From the sequence record LR597651: a stretch of DNA of 47,678 nucleotides. One strand, given 5' to 3'. The notes under the pieces were generated by a model. It was not told the origin of the DNA. It did no database searches and was given only the letters and a program-made list of their open reading frames with translations. Below are positions 1 through 14,103 of the stretch, piece after piece; position 1 is the stretch's first letter; every line of letters begins with the position of its first letter. Made by a program: the position numbers and the translations under genes. This DNA is from Escherichia phage Lambda_ev058.

Positions 1-146
1 GGTTTAAGGTGTTTCCGTTCTTCTTCGTCGTAACTTAATGTATTTATTTAAAATACCCCCTGAAAAGAAAGGAAACGACAGGTGCTGAAAGCGAGCTTTT
101 TGGCCTCTGTCGTTTCCTTTCTCTGTTTTTGTCCGTGGAATGAGCA
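1..146. promoter_or_regulatory. cos: cosB-like terminase-binding region (R3, IHF-like A/T tract, R2, R1); cosN itself lies outside the window
   Basis: Direct: three copies of a CGTTTCC(T)TTCT-type element at 11-27, 66-80 (inverted) and 108-123 around an A/T-rich tract at 31-57, immediately upstream of nu1. The layout matches lambda cosB (established). Window base 1 corresponds to about lambda position 45 (recalled). Confidence 0.7.
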
Positions 147-666
147 ATGGAAGTCAACAAAAAGCAGCTGGCTGACATTTTCGGTGCGAGTATCCGTACC
201 ATTCAGAACTGGCAGGAACAGGGAATGCCCGTTCTGCGAGGCGGTGGCAAGGGTAATGAGGTGCTTTATGACTCTGCCGCCGTCATAAAATGGTATGCCG
301 AAAGGGATTCTGAAATTGAGAACGAAAAGCTGCGCCGGGAGGTTGAAGAACTGCGGCAGGCCAGCGAGGCAGATCTCCAGCCAGGAACTATTGAGTACGA
401 ACGCCATCGACTTACGCGTGCGCAGGCCGACGCACAGGAACTGAAGAATGCCAGAGACTCCGCTGAAGTGGTGGAAACCGCATTCTGTACTTTCGTGTTG
501 TCGCGGATCGCAGGTGAAATTGCCAGTATTCTCGACGGGCTCCCCCTGTCGGTGCAGCGGCGTTTTCCGGAACTGGAAAACCGACATGTTGATTTCCTGA
601 AACGGGATATCATCAAAGCCATGAACAAAGCAGCCGCGCTGGATGAACTGATACCGGGGTTGCTGA

Positions 667-692
<26 letters not shown>
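147..692 (+). CDS. nu1: terminase small subunit
   Basis: 181-aa ORF; the translation matches lambda gpNu1 along its length as recalled (MEVNKKQLADIFGASIRTIQNWQEQGMPV...). First gene after cosB and overlaps the start of A. Confidence 0.95.
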
Positions 693-4373
<3,681 letters not shown>

Positions 4374-4393
<20 letters not shown>

Positions 4394-5693
4394 TCTCCCG
4401 CATATTGCCAGTATGGCCTTTAATGAGCCGCTGATGCTTGAACCCGCCTATGCGCGGGTTTTCTTTTGTGCGCTTGCAGGCCAGCTTGGGATCAGCCGCC
4501 TGACGGATGCGGTATCCGGCGACAGCCTGACTGCCGGAGAGGCACCCGCGGCGCTGGCGTTATCCGTTGATGATGACGGACCACGACAGGCCCGCAGTTA
4601 TCAGGTCATGAACGGCATCGCCGTGCTGCCGGTGTCCGGCACGCTGGTCAGCCGGACGCGAGCGCTGCAGCCGTATTCGGGGATGACCGGTTACAACGGC
4701 ATTATCGCCCGTCTGCAACAGGCTGCCAGCGACCCGATGGTGGACGGCATTCTGCTCGATATGGATACGCCAGGCGGGATGGTGGCAGGGGCATTTGACT
4801 GCGCTGACATCATCGCCCGTGTGCGTGACATAAAGCCGGTATGGGCGCTGGCCAACGACATGAACTGCAGTGCAGGTCAGTTGCTTGCCAGTGCCGCCTC
4901 CCGGCGTCTGGTCACGCAGACCGCCCGGACAGGCTCCATCGGCGTCATGATGGCTCACAGTAATTACGGTGCTGCGCTGGAGAAACAGGGTGTGGAAATC
5001 ACGCTGATTTACAGCGGCAGCCATAAGGTGGATGGCAACCCCTACAGCCATCTTCCGGATGACGTCCGGGAGACACTGCAGTCCCGGATGGACGCAACCC
5101 GCCGGATGTTTGCACAGAAGGTGTCGGCATATACCGGCCTGTCCGTGCAGGCTGTGCTGGATACCGAGGCTGCAGTGTACAGCGGTCAGGAGGCCATTGA
5201 TGCCGGACTGGCTGATGAACTTGTTAACAGTACCGATGCGATCACCGTCATGCGTGATGCACTGGATGCACGTAAATCCCGTCTCTCAGGAGGGCGAATG
5301 ACCAAAGAGACTCAATCAACAACTGTTTCAGCCACTGCTTCGCAGGCTGACGTTACTGAGGTGGTGCAAGCGACGGAGGGCGAGAACGCCAGCGCGGCGC
5401 AGCCGGACGTGAACGCGCAGATCACCGCAGCGGTTGCGGCAGAAAACAGTCGCATTATGGGGATCCTCAACTGTGAGGAGGCTCACGGACGCGAAGAACA
5501 GGCACGCGTGCTGGCCGAAACCCCCGGTATGACCGTGGAAACGGCCCGCCGCATTCTGGCAGCTGCACCACAGAGTGCACAGGCGCGCAGTGACACTGCG
5601 CTGGATCGTCTGATGCAGGGGGCACCGGCACCGCTGGCTGCAGGTAACCCGGCATCTGATGCCGTTAACGATTTGCTGAACACACCAGTGTAA
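4374..5693 (+). CDS. C: head maturation protease / scaffold C
   Basis: The track ORF 4260-5693 contains the lambda gpC sequence from V-TAELRNLPHIASMAF. A GTG at 4374 preceded by GAGGAGGA gives a 439-aa product, equal to lambda C. ClpP/S49-like region present. Confidence 0.9.
5088..5693 (+). CDS. nu3: scaffolding protein Nu3 (in-frame internal start within C)
   Basis: In-frame ATG at 5088 (MDATRRMFAQKVSAYTG...) at the position equivalent to lambda Nu3 (5132 in lambda); shares the C stop codon. Confidence 0.8.
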   Translation: MDATRRMFAQKVSAYTGLSVQAVLDTEAAVYSGQEAIDAGLADELVNSTDAITVMRDALDARKSRLSGGRMTKETQSTTVSATASQADVTEVVQATEGENASAAQPDVNAQITAAVAAENSRIMGILNCEEAHGREEQARVLAETPGMTVETARRILAAAPQSAQARSDTALDRLMQGAPAPLAAGNPASDAVNDLLNTPV

Positions 5694-5702
5694 GGGATGT
5701 TT

Positions 5703-6035
5703 ATGACGAGCAAAGAAACCTTTACCCATTACCAGCCGCTGGGCAACAGTGACCCGGCACATACGGCAACCGCGCCCGGCGGATTGAGTGCGAAAGCGCC
5801 TGCAATGACCCCGCTGATGCTGGACACCTCCACCCGTAAGCTGGTTGTGTGGGATGGCACCACCGACGGTGCTGCCGTTGGCATTCTGGCGGTTGCTGCT
5901 GACCAGACCAGCACCACGCTGACGTTCTACAAGTCCGGCACGTTCCGTTATGAGGATGTGCTCTGGCCGGAGGCTGCCAGCGACGAGACGAAAAAACGGA
6001 CCGCGTTTGCCGGAACGGCAATCAGCATCGTTTAA
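5703..6035 (+). CDS. D: head decoration protein D
   Basis: 110-aa product from [12 protein letters not shown]..., matching lambda gpD as recalled. Confidence 0.95.
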   Translation: MTSKETFTHYQPLGNSDPAHTATAPGGLSAKAPAMTPLMLDTSTRKLVVWDGTTDGAAVGILAVAADQTSTTLTFYKSGTFRYEDVLWPEAASDETKKRTAFAGTAISIV

Positions 6036-6090
6036 CCTTACCCTTCATCACTAAAGGCCGCCTGTGCGGCTTTTTTTACGGGATTTTTTT

Positions 6091-7116
6091 ATGTCGATGT
6101 ACACAACCGCCCAGCTGCTGGCGGCAAATGAGAAGAAATTTAAGTTTGATCCGCTGTTTCTGCGTCTCTTTTTCCGTGAGAGCTATCCCTTCACCACGGA
6201 GAAAGTCTATCTCTCACAAATTCCGGGACTGGTAAACATGGCGCTGTACGTTTCGCCGATTGTTTCCGGTGAGGTTATCCGCTCCCGTGGCGGCTCCACC
6301 TCTGAATTTACACCGGGATATGTCAAGCCGAAGCATGAGGTGAATCCGCAGATGACCCTGCGTCGCCTGCCGGATGAAGATCCACAGAATCTGGCGGACC
6401 CGGCTTACCGCCGCCGTCGCATCATTCTGCAGAACATGCGAGACGAAGAGCTGGCCATTGCTCAGGTCGAAGAGATGCAGGCCGTTTCTGCCGTGCTTAA
6501 GGGCAAATATACCATGACCGGTGAAGCCTTCGATCCGGTTGAAGTGGATATGGGCCGCAGTGTGGCGAACAACATCACGCAGTCCGGCGGTACGGAGTGG
6601 AGCAAGCGTGACAAGTCCACGTATGACCCGACCGACGATATCGAAGCCTACGCGCTGAACGCCAGCGGTGTGGTGAATATCATCGTGTTTGATCCGAAAG
6701 GCTGGGCGCTGTTCCGTTCCTTCAAAGCCGTCAAGGAGAAGCTGGATACCCGTCGCGGCTCTCATTCCGAGCTGGAGACAGCGGTAAAAGATCTGGGCGA
6801 AGCGGTGTCCTATAAGGGGATGTATGGCGATACGGCGATCGTCGTGTATTCCGGACAGTACGTGGAAAACGACGTCAAAAAGAACTTCCTGCCGGACAAC
6901 ACGATGGTGCTGGGGAACACTCAGGCACGCGGTCTGCGCACCTATGGCTGCATTCAGGATGCGGACGCACAGCGCGAAGGTATTAACGCCTCTGCCCGCT
7001 ACCCGAAAAACTGGGTGACCACCGGCGATCCGGCGCGTGAGTTCACCATGATTCAGTCAGCACCGCTGATGCTGCTGGCTGACCCTGATGCGTTCGTGTC
7101 CGTACAACTGGCGTAA
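6091..7116 (+). CDS. E: major capsid protein E
   Basis: 341-aa product from MSMYTTAQLLAANE..., matching lambda gpE as recalled; a stem-loop lies upstream in the D-E spacer. Confidence 0.95.
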   Translation: MSMYTTAQLLAANEKKFKFDPLFLRLFFRESYPFTTEKVYLSQIPGLVNMALYVSPIVSGEVIRSRGGSTSEFTPGYVKPKHEVNPQMTLRRLPDEDPQNLADPAYRRRRIILQNMRDEELAIAQVEEMQAVSAVLKGKYTMTGEAFDPVEVDMGRSVANNITQSGGTEWSKRDKSTYDPTDDIEAYALNASGVVNIIVFDPKGWALFRSFKAVKEKLDTRRGSHSELETAVKDLGEAVSYKGMYGDTAIVVYSGQYVENDVKKNFLPDNTMVLGNTQARGLRTYGCIQDADAQREGINASARYPKNWVTTGDPAREFTMIQSAPLMLLADPDAFVSVQLA

Positions 7117-7157
7117 TCATGGCCCTTCGGGGCCATTTTCTCTCTGTGGAGGAGTCC

Positions 7158-7553
7158 ATGACGAAAGATGAACTGATTGCCCGTCTTCAGGTGCTGGGTG
7201 AGCAACTGAACCGTGATGTCAGCCTGACGGGGACGAAAGAAGAACTGGCACTCCGTGTGGCAGAGCTGGAAGAGGAGCTTGATGACACGGATGACGCTGC
7301 TGGTCAGGACACATCTGTCAGCCCGGAAAATGCGCTGACCGGACATGAAAATGAGGTGGTATCAGCGCAGCCGGATACCGTGACTGATACGGCTGATCTG
7401 GTCACGGTTGTGGCACTGGTGACGCTGCATACTGATGCACTTCACGCCACGCGGGATGAGGCTGTGGCATTTGTGCTGCCGGGAACGGCGTTCCGTGTCT
7501 CTGCCGGTGTGGCAGCTGAAATGACAGAGCGCGGCCTGGCCAGAATGCAATAA
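7158..7553 (+). CDS. FI: DNA packaging protein FI
   Basis: Product from MTKDELIARLQVLGEQLNRDVSLTGTKEELALRVAELEEELDD..., matching lambda gpFI with one residue fewer than lambda (131 vs 132 aa). Confidence 0.9.
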   Translation: MTKDELIARLQVLGEQLNRDVSLTGTKEELALRVAELEEELDDTDDAAGQDTSVSPENALTGHENEVVSAQPDTVTDTADLVTVVALVTLHTDALHATRDEAVAFVLPGTAFRVSAGVAAEMTERGLARMQ

Positions 7554-7564
7554 CGGGAGGCGCT

Positions 7565-7918
7565 GTGGCTGATTTCGATAACCTGTTCGATGCTGCCATT
7601 GCCCGCGCCGATGAAACGATACGCGGGTACATGGGAACGTCAGCCACCATGACATCCGGTGAGCAGTCCGGTGCTGTGATACGTGGTGTTTTTGATGATC
7701 CTGAAAATATCAGCTATGCCGGACAGGGCGTGCGCGTTGAAGGCTCCAGCCCGTTCCTGTTTGTCCGGACTGATGATGTGCGGCAGCTGCGGCGCGGCGA
7801 CACGCTGACCATCGGTGAGGAAAACTTCTGGATAGACCGGATTTCGCCGGATGATGGCGGAAGCTGTCATCTCTGGCTTGGGCGGGGCGTACCGCCTGCC
7901 GTTAACCGTCGCCGCTGA
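7565..7918 (+). CDS. FII: head completion protein FII
   Basis: 117-aa ORF matching lambda gpFII as recalled (MADFDNLFDAAIARADETIRGYMG...). Confidence 0.95.
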   Translation: MADFDNLFDAAIARADETIRGYMGTSATMTSGEQSGAVIRGVFDDPENISYAGQGVRVEGSSPFLFVRTDDVRQLRRGDTLTIGEENFWIDRISPDDGGSCHLWLGRGVPPAVNRRR

Positions 7919-7929
7919 AAGGGGGATGT

Positions 7930-8508
7930 ATGGCCATAAAAGGTCTTGAGCAGGCCGTTGAAAACCTCAGCCGTATCAGCAGAACGGCGGTGCCCGGTGC
8001 CGCCGCAATGGCCATTAACCGCGTTGCTTCATCCGCGATATCGCAGTCGGCGTCACAGGTTGCCCGTGAGACAAAGGTACGCCGGAAACTGGTAAAGGAA
8101 AGGGCCAGGCTGAAAAGGGCCACGGTCAAAAATCCGCAGGCCAGAATCAGGGTTAACCGGGGGGATTTGCCCGTAATAAAGCTGGGTAACGCGCGGATTG
8201 TCCTGTCCCGACGCAGGCGTCGTAAAAAGGGGCAGCGTTCAGCCCTGAAAGGTGGCGGCAGCGTGCTTGTGGTGGGAAACCGTCGTATTCCCGGCGCGTT
8301 TATTCAGCAACTGAAAAATGGCCGCTGGCATGTTATGCAGCGTGTGGCCGGGAAAAATCGTTACCCCATTGATGTGGTGAAAATTCCGATGGCGGTGCCG
8401 CTGACCACGGCGTTTAAACAGAATATTGAGCGGATACGGCGTGAGCGTCTTCCGAAAGAGCTGGGCTATGCGCTGCAGCATCAACTGAGGATGGTAATAA
8501 AGCGATGA
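7930..8508 (+). CDS. Z: tail completion protein Z
   Basis: 192-aa ORF at the lambda Z position and length. Confidence 0.9.
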   Translation: MAIKGLEQAVENLSRISRTAVPGAAAMAINRVASSAISQSASQVARETKVRRKLVKERARLKRATVKNPQARIRVNRGDLPVIKLGNARIVLSRRRRRKKGQRSALKGGGSVLVVGNRRIPGAFIQQLKNGRWHVMQRVAGKNRYPIDVVKIPMAVPLTTAFKQNIERIRRERLPKELGYALQHQLRMVIKR

Positions 8509-8900
8509 AACATACTGAACTCCGTGCAGCCGTACTGGATGCACTGGAGAAGCATGACACCGGGGCGACGTTTTTTGATGGTCGCCCCGCTGTTTTTGAT
8601 GAGGCGGATTTTCCGGCAGTTGCCGTTTATCTCACCGGCGCTGAATACACGGGCGAAGAGCTGGACAGCGATACCTGGCAGGCGGAGCTGCATATTGAAG
8701 TTTTCCTGCCTGCTCAGGTGCCGGATTCAGAGCTGGATTCGTGGATGGAGTCCCGGATTTATCCGGTGATGAGCGATATCCCGGCACTGTCAGATTTGAT
8801 CACCAGTATGGTGGCCAGTGGCTATGACTACCGGCGCGACGATGATGCGGGCCTGTGGAGTTCAGCCGATCTGACTTATGTCATTACCTATGAAATGTGA
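8505..8900 (+). CDS. U: tail terminator protein U
   Basis: 131-aa ORF at the lambda U position and length, overlapping the Z stop. Confidence 0.9.
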   Translation: MKHTELRAAVLDALEKHDTGATFFDGRPAVFDEADFPAVAVYLTGAEYTGEELDSDTWQAELHIEVFLPAQVPDSELDSWMESRIYPVMSDIPALSDLITSMVASGYDYRRDDDAGLWSSADLTYVITYEM

Positions 8901-8907
8901 GGACGAT

Positions 8908-9648
8908 ATGCCAACACCAAATCCTCTGGCACCGGTGAAAGGGGCCGGGACCACACTGTGGGTTTATAAGGGGAACGGTGACCCTTATGCGAACCCGCTT
9001 TCAGACGTTGACTGGTCGCGTCTGGCTAAAGTTAAAGACCTGACGCCCGGCGAACTGACCGCTGAGTCCTATGACGACAGTTATCTCGATGATGAAGATG
9101 CGGACTGGACCGCGACCGGACAGGGGCAGAAATCTGCCGGAGATACCAGCTTCACGCTGGCGTGGATGCCCGGAGAGCAGGGGCAGCAGGCGCTGCTGGC
9201 GTGGTTTAATGAAGGGGATACCCGAGCCTATAAAATCCGCTTCCCGAACGGCACGGTCGATGTGTTCCGCGGCTGGGTCAGCAGTATCGGTAAGGCGGTG
9301 ACGGCGAAGGAAGTGATCACCCGCACGGTGAAGGTCACCAATGTGGGCCGTCCGTCGATGGCAGAAGATCGCAGCACGGTGACGGCGACAACCGGCATGA
9401 CGGTGACACCCGCCAGTGCTTCCGTAGTGAAAGGGCAGAGCACCACGCTGACCGTGGCATTCCAGCCGGAGGGCGCAACCGACAAGAGCTTCCGTGCGGT
9501 GTCTGCGGATAAAACAAAAGCCACCGTGTCGGTCAGTGGTATGACCATCACCGTGAAAGGTGTTGCTGCAGGCAAGGTCAACATTCCGGTCGTATCCGGT
9601 AATGGTGAGTTTGCTGCGGTTGCAGAAATCAACGTCACCGCCAGTTAA
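8908..9648 (+). CDS. V: major tail protein V (with C-terminal Ig-like domain)
   Basis: 246-aa product from [22 protein letters not shown]..., matching lambda gpV as recalled. Confidence 0.95.
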   Translation: MPTPNPLAPVKGAGTTLWVYKGNGDPYANPLSDVDWSRLAKVKDLTPGELTAESYDDSYLDDEDADWTATGQGQKSAGDTSFTLAWMPGEQGQQALLAWFNEGDTRAYKIRFPNGTVDVFRGWVSSIGKAVTAKEVITRTVKVTNVGRPSMAEDRSTVTATTGMTVTPASASVVKGQSTTLTVAFQPEGATDKSFRAVSADKTKATVSVSGMTITVKGVAAGKVNIPVVSGNGEFAAVAEINVTAS

Positions 9649-9663
9649 TCCGGAGAGTCAGCG

Positions 9664-10086
9664 ATGTTCCTGAAAACCGAATCATTTGAACATAACGGTG
9701 TGACCGTCACGCTTTCTGAACTGTCAGCCCTGCAGCGTATTGAGCATCTCGCCCTGATGAAACGGCAGGCAGAACAGGCGGAGTCAGACAGCAACCGGAA
9801 GTTTACTGTGGAAGACGCCATCAGAACCGGCGCGTTTCTGGTGGCGATGTCCCTGTGGCATAACCATCCGAAGAAGACAAAGCTGCCTTCCATGAATGAA
9901 GCCGTTAAACAGATTGAGCAGGAAGTGCTTACCACCTGGCCCACAGAGGCAATTTCTCATGCTGAAAACGTGGTGTACCGGCTGTCCGGTATGTATGAGT
10001 TTGTGGTGAATGATGCCCCTGAACAGGCAGAGGACGCCGGGTCTGCAGAGCCTGTTTCTGCGGGAAAGTGTTCGACGGTGAGCTGA
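9664..10086 (+). CDS. G: tail assembly chaperone G
   Basis: 140-aa ORF at the lambda G position; its 3' end contains the slippery heptamer GGGAAAG at 10062-10068. Confidence 0.9.
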   Translation: MFLKTESFEHNGVTVTLSELSALQRIEHLALMKRQAEQAESDSNRKFTVEDAIRTGAFLVAMSLWHNHPKKTKLPSMNEAVKQIEQEVLTTWPTEAISHAENVVYRLSGMYEFVVNDAPEQAEDAGSAEPVSAGKCSTVS

Positions 10087-10502
10087 GTTTTGCCCTGAAA
10101 CTGGCGCGTGAGATGGGGCGACCTGACTGGCGCGCCATGCTTGCCGGGATGTCATCCACAGAGTATGCCGACTGGCACCGCTTTTACAGTACCCATTATT
10201 TTCATGATGTTCTGCTGGATATGCACTTTTCCGGGCTGACGTACACCGTGCTCAGCCTGTTTTTCAGCGATCCGGATATGCATCCGCTGGATTTCAGTCT
10301 GCTGAACCGGCGTGAGGCTGACGAAGAGCCTGAAGATGATGTGCTGATGCAGAAAGCGGCAGGGCTTGCCGGAGGCGTCCGCTTTGCCCCGGACGGAAAT
10401 GAAGTTATCCCCGCTTCCCCGGATATGGCGGGCATGACGGAGGATGACGTAATGCTGATGACAGTATCAGAAGGGATCGCAGGAGGAGTCCGGTATGGCT
10501 GA
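10068..10502 (+). CDS. T: tail assembly protein T (expressed mainly as a G-T fusion via -1 frameshift)
   Basis: ORF in the -1 frame relative to G, overlapping the G 3' end; the slippery site is seen directly. This is the conserved lambda G/GT arrangement (established). Confidence 0.85.
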   Translation: MFDGELSFALKLAREMGRPDWRAMLAGMSSTEYADWHRFYSTHYFHDVLLDMHFSGLTYTVLSLFFSDPDMHPLDFSLLNRREADEEPEDDVLMQKAAGLAGGVRFAPDGNEVIPASPDMAGMTEDDVMLMTVSEGIAGGVRYG

Positions 10503-13074
10503 ACCGGTAGGCGATCTGGTCGTTGATTTAAGTCTGGATGCGGCCAGATTTGACGAGCAGATGGCCAGAGTCAGGCGTCATTTTTCCGGTACGGAAAGTG
10601 ATGCGAAAAAAACAGCGGCAGTCGTTGAACAGTCGCTGAGCCGACAGGCGCTGGCTGCACAGAAAGCGGGGATTTCCGTCGGGCAGTATAAAGCTGCCAT
10701 GCGTATGCTGCCTGCGCAGTTCACTGACGTGGCCACGCAGCTTGCAGGCGGGCAAAGTCCGTGGCTGATCCTGCTGCAACAGGGTGGTCAGGTGAAGGAC
10801 TCCTTCGGCGGGATGATCCCCATGTTCAGGGGGCTTGCCGGTGCGATCACCCTGCCGATGGTCGGGGCCACCTCGCTGGCGGTGGCGACCGGTGCGCTGG
10901 CGTATGCCTGGTATCAGGGCAACTCAACCCTGTCCGATTTCAATAAAACGCTGGTCCTTTCCGGTAATCAGGCGGGACTGACGGCAGATCGTATGCTGGC
11001 CCTGTCCAGATCCGGGCAGGCGGCAGGGCTGACGTTTAACCAGACCAGCGAGTCACTGACGGCGCTGGTGAATGCCGGTGTGCGTGGTGGTGAGCAGTTT
11101 GAGGCAATCAGCCAGAGTGTGGCGCGTTTCTCCTCTGCATCCGGCGTGGAGGTGGACAAGGTCGCTGAAGCCTTCGGGAAGCTGACCACTGACCCGACGT
11201 CTGGGTTGACGGCGATGGCGCGCCAGTTCCATAACGTGACGGCGGAACAGATTGCGTATGTTGCTCAGTTGCAGCGTTCCGGCGATGGGGCCGGGGCATT
11301 GCAGGCGGCGAACGAGGCCGCAACGAAAGGGTTTGATGACCAGACCCGTAAACTGAAAGATAACATGGGTACGCTGGAGACCTGGGCAGACAAGACTGCA
11401 CAGGCATTCAAATCCATGTGGGATGCGGTGCTGGATATTGGTCGCCCGGACTCCTCTGCAGATATGCTCGCCAAAGCTGAAAAGGCTTTTGATGAAGCGG
11501 ATAAAAAATGGCAGTGGTATCAGAGCCGAAGCCACCGGCGCGGTAAAACGTCAGCATTTCTTGCCAATCTCCGGGGGGCATGGGAGAAGAGAGAGAATGC
11601 GCGACTTGGGCTTTCAGCCGCCACGTTGCAGGCAGATCTTGAAAAGGCCAGTGAGATGGCAGCAAAAGATCGGGCCGAGTCTGAGGCATCACGGCTGAAA
11701 TATACCGAAGAGGCGCAGAAGGCTTACGAACGCCTGCAGACACCGCTGGAGAAATATACCGCCCGCCAGGAGGAACTGAATAAGGCACTGAAAGACGGAA
11801 AAATCCTGCAGGCAGATTACAACACGCTGATGGCGGCGGCGAAAAAGGACTATGAAGCGACGCTGAAAAAGCCGAAGCAGTCCGGCGTGAAAGTGTCTGC
11901 GGGCGATCGTCAGGAAGACAGTGCTCATGCTGCCCTGCTGACGCTTCAGGCAGAACTCCGGACACTGGAGAAGCATGCCGGAGCGAATGAGAAAATCAGC
12001 CAGCAGCGCCGGGATTTGTGGAAGGCGGAAAGTCAGTTCGCGGTACTGGAGGAGGCGGCGCAACGTCGCCAGCTGTCCGCACAGGAGAAATCCCTGCTGG
12101 CGCATAAAGATGAGACGCTGGAGTACAAACGCCAGCTGGCTGCACTTGGCGATAAGGTCACGTATCAGGAGCACCTGAACGCGCTGGCGCAGCAGGCGGA
12201 TAAATTCGCACAGCAGCAACGGGCAAAACGGGCAGCCATTGAGGCGAAAAACCGGGGGCTGACTGACCGGCAGGCAGCGCGGGACGCCACGGAACAGCGC
12301 CTGAAGGAACAGTATGGCGATAATCCGCTGGCGCTGAATAGCGTCATGTCAGAGCAGAAAAAGACCTGGGCGGCTGAAGACCAGCTTCGCGGGAGCTGGA
12401 TGGCAGGCCTCAGGTCAGGCTGGAGTGAGTGGGAAGAGAGCGCCACGGACAGTATGTCGCAGGTTAAAAGTGCAGCCACGCAGACCTTTGATGGTATTGC
12501 ACAGAATATGGCGGCGATGCTGACCGGCAGTGAACAGAACTGGCGCAGCTTCACCCGTTCCGTGCTGTCCATGATGACAGAAATTCTGCTTAAGCAGGCA
12601 ATGGTGGGGATTGTCGGGAGTATCGGCAGCGCCATTGGAGGTGCTACCGGTGGCGGCTCATCAGCGTCAGGTGGTGCAGCCATTCAGGCCGCTGCGGCGA
12701 AACTCCATTTTGCGACCGGAGGATTTACGGGAACCGGCGGCAAATATGAGCCAGCAGGGATTGTTCACCGTGGTGAATTTGTCTTCACGAAGGAGGCAAC
12801 CAGCCGGATTGGCGTGGGGAATCTCTACCGGCTGATGCGCGGCTATGCCACCGGTGGTTATGTCGGTACACCGGGCAGCATGGCGGACAGCCGGTCGCAG
12901 GCGTCCGGGAAGTTTGAGCAGAATAACCATGTGGTGATTAACAACGACGGCACGAACGGTCAGATAGGGCCACAGGCGCTGAAGGCGGTTTATGACGTAG
13001 CCCGTAAGGCGGCAATGGATGTTGTGACCGGGCAGATGCGTGATGGTGGTCTGTTCTCCGGAGGTGGACGATGA
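10495..13074 (+). CDS. H: tail tape measure protein H
   Basis: 859-aa ORF (lambda H is 853 aa) with coiled-coil-rich sequence, at the lambda H position after G/T. Confidence 0.95.
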   Translation: MAEPVGDLVVDLSLDAARFDEQMARVRRHFSGTESDAKKTAAVVEQSLSRQALAAQKAGISVGQYKAAMRMLPAQFTDVATQLAGGQSPWLILLQQGGQVKDSFGGMIPMFRGLAGAITLPMVGATSLAVATGALAYAWYQGNSTLSDFNKTLVLSGNQAGLTADRMLALSRSGQAAGLTFNQTSESLTALVNAGVRGGEQFEAISQSVARFSSASGVEVDKVAEAFGKLTTDPTSGLTAMARQFHNVTAEQIAYVAQLQRSGDGAGALQAANEAATKGFDDQTRKLKDNMGTLETWADKTAQAFKSMWDAVLDIGRPDSSADMLAKAEKAFDEADKKWQWYQSRSHRRGKTSAFLANLRGAWEKRENARLGLSAATLQADLEKASEMAAKDRAESEASRLKYTEEAQKAYERLQTPLEKYTARQEELNKALKDGKILQADYNTLMAAAKKDYEATLKKPKQSGVKVSAGDRQEDSAHAALLTLQAELRTLEKHAGANEKISQQRRDLWKAESQFAVLEEAAQRRQLSAQEKSLLAHKDETLEYKRQLAALGDKVTYQEHLNALAQQADKFAQQQRAKRAAIEAKNRGLTDRQAARDATEQRLKEQYGDNPLALNSVMSEQKKTWAAEDQLRGSWMAGLRSGWSEWEESATDSMSQVKSAATQTFDGIAQNMAAMLTGSEQNWRSFTRSVLSMMTEILLKQAMVGIVGSIGSAIGGATGGGSSASGGAAIQAAAAKLHFATGGFTGTGGKYEPAGIVHRGEFVFTKEATSRIGVGNLYRLMRGYATGGYVGTPGSMADSRSQASGKFEQNNHVVINNDGTNGQIGPQALKAVYDVARKAAMDVVTGQMRDGGLFSGGGR

Positions 13075-13400
13075 AAACCTTCCGCTGGAAAGTGAAACCG
13101 GGTATGGATGTGGCTTCGACTCCTTCCGTCAGGGAGGTGCGCTTTGGTGATGGTTACTCCCAGCGCGCGCCTGCCGGGCTGAATGCCAACCTGAAAACGT
13201 ACAGCGTGACGCTTTCTGTCCCCCGTTGGGAGGCCACGGCGCTGGAATCGTTTCTGGCAGAGCACGGAGGCTGGAAAGCCTTTCTGTGGACGCCGCCTTA
13301 TGACTGGCGGCAGATAAAGGTGATCTGCGCAAAATGGACGTCGCGGGTCAGTATGCTGCGTGTTGAGTTCAGCGCAGAGTTTAAACAGGTGGTGAACTGA
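13071..13400 (+). CDS. M: tail tip protein M
   Basis: 109-aa ORF, same length and order as lambda gpM. Confidence 0.9.
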   Translation: MKTFRWKVKPGMDVASTPSVREVRFGDGYSQRAPAGLNANLKTYSVTLSVPRWEATALESFLAEHGGWKAFLWTPPYDWRQIKVICAKWTSRVSMLRVEFSAEFKQVVN

Positions 13401-14098
13401 TGCAGGATATCCGGCAGGAAACACTGAATGAATGCACCCGTGCGGAGCAGTCGGCCAGCGTGGTGCTCTGGGAAATCGATCTGACAGAGGTCGGTGGTGA
13501 ACGTTATTTTTTCTGTAATGAGCAGAACGAAAAAGGTGAGCCGGTTACCTGGCAGGGGCGGCAGTATCTGGCGTATCCCATTCAGGGGAGTGGTTTTGAA
13601 CTGAATGGCAAAGGCACCAGTACGCGCCCCACGCTGGCAGTCTCTAACCTGTACGGCATGGTCACCGGGATGGCGGAAGACCTGCAGAGTCTGGTCGGCG
13701 GAACGGTGGTCAGGCGTAAGGTTTACGCCCGTTTTCTGGATGCGGTGAACTTCGTCAACGGAAACAGCGATGCCGATCCGGAGCAGGAGGTGATCAGCCG
13801 CTGGCGCATCGAGCAGTGCAGCGAACTGAGCGCGGTAAGTGCCTCCTTTGTACTGTCCACGCCGACGGAAACGGATGGTGCTGTTTTTCCGGGGCGCATC
13901 ATGCTGGCCAACACCTGTACCTGGACCTATCGCGGTGATGAGTGCGGTTATAGCGGTCCGGCGGTCGCGGATGAATATGACCAGCCGACGTCCGATATCA
14001 CGAAGGATAAATGCAGCAAATGCCTGAGTGGCTGTAAGTTTCGCAATAATGTCGGCAACTTTGGCGGCTTCCTTTCCATTAACAAACTTTCGCAGTAA
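13400..14098 (+). CDS. L: tail tip protein L
   Basis: 232-aa ORF, same length and order as lambda gpL; Cys cluster near the C-terminus. Confidence 0.9.
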   Translation: MQDIRQETLNECTRAEQSASVVLWEIDLTEVGGERYFFCNEQNEKGEPVTWQGRQYLAYPIQGSGFELNGKGTSTRPTLAVSNLYGMVTGMAEDLQSLVGGTVVRRKVYARFLDAVNFVNGNSDADPEQEVISRWRIEQCSELSAVSASFVLSTPTETDGAVFPGRIMLANTCTWTYRGDECGYSGPAVADEYDQPTSDITKDKCSKCLSGCKFRNNVGNFGGFLSINKLSQ

Positions 14099-14103
14099 AT
14101 CCC

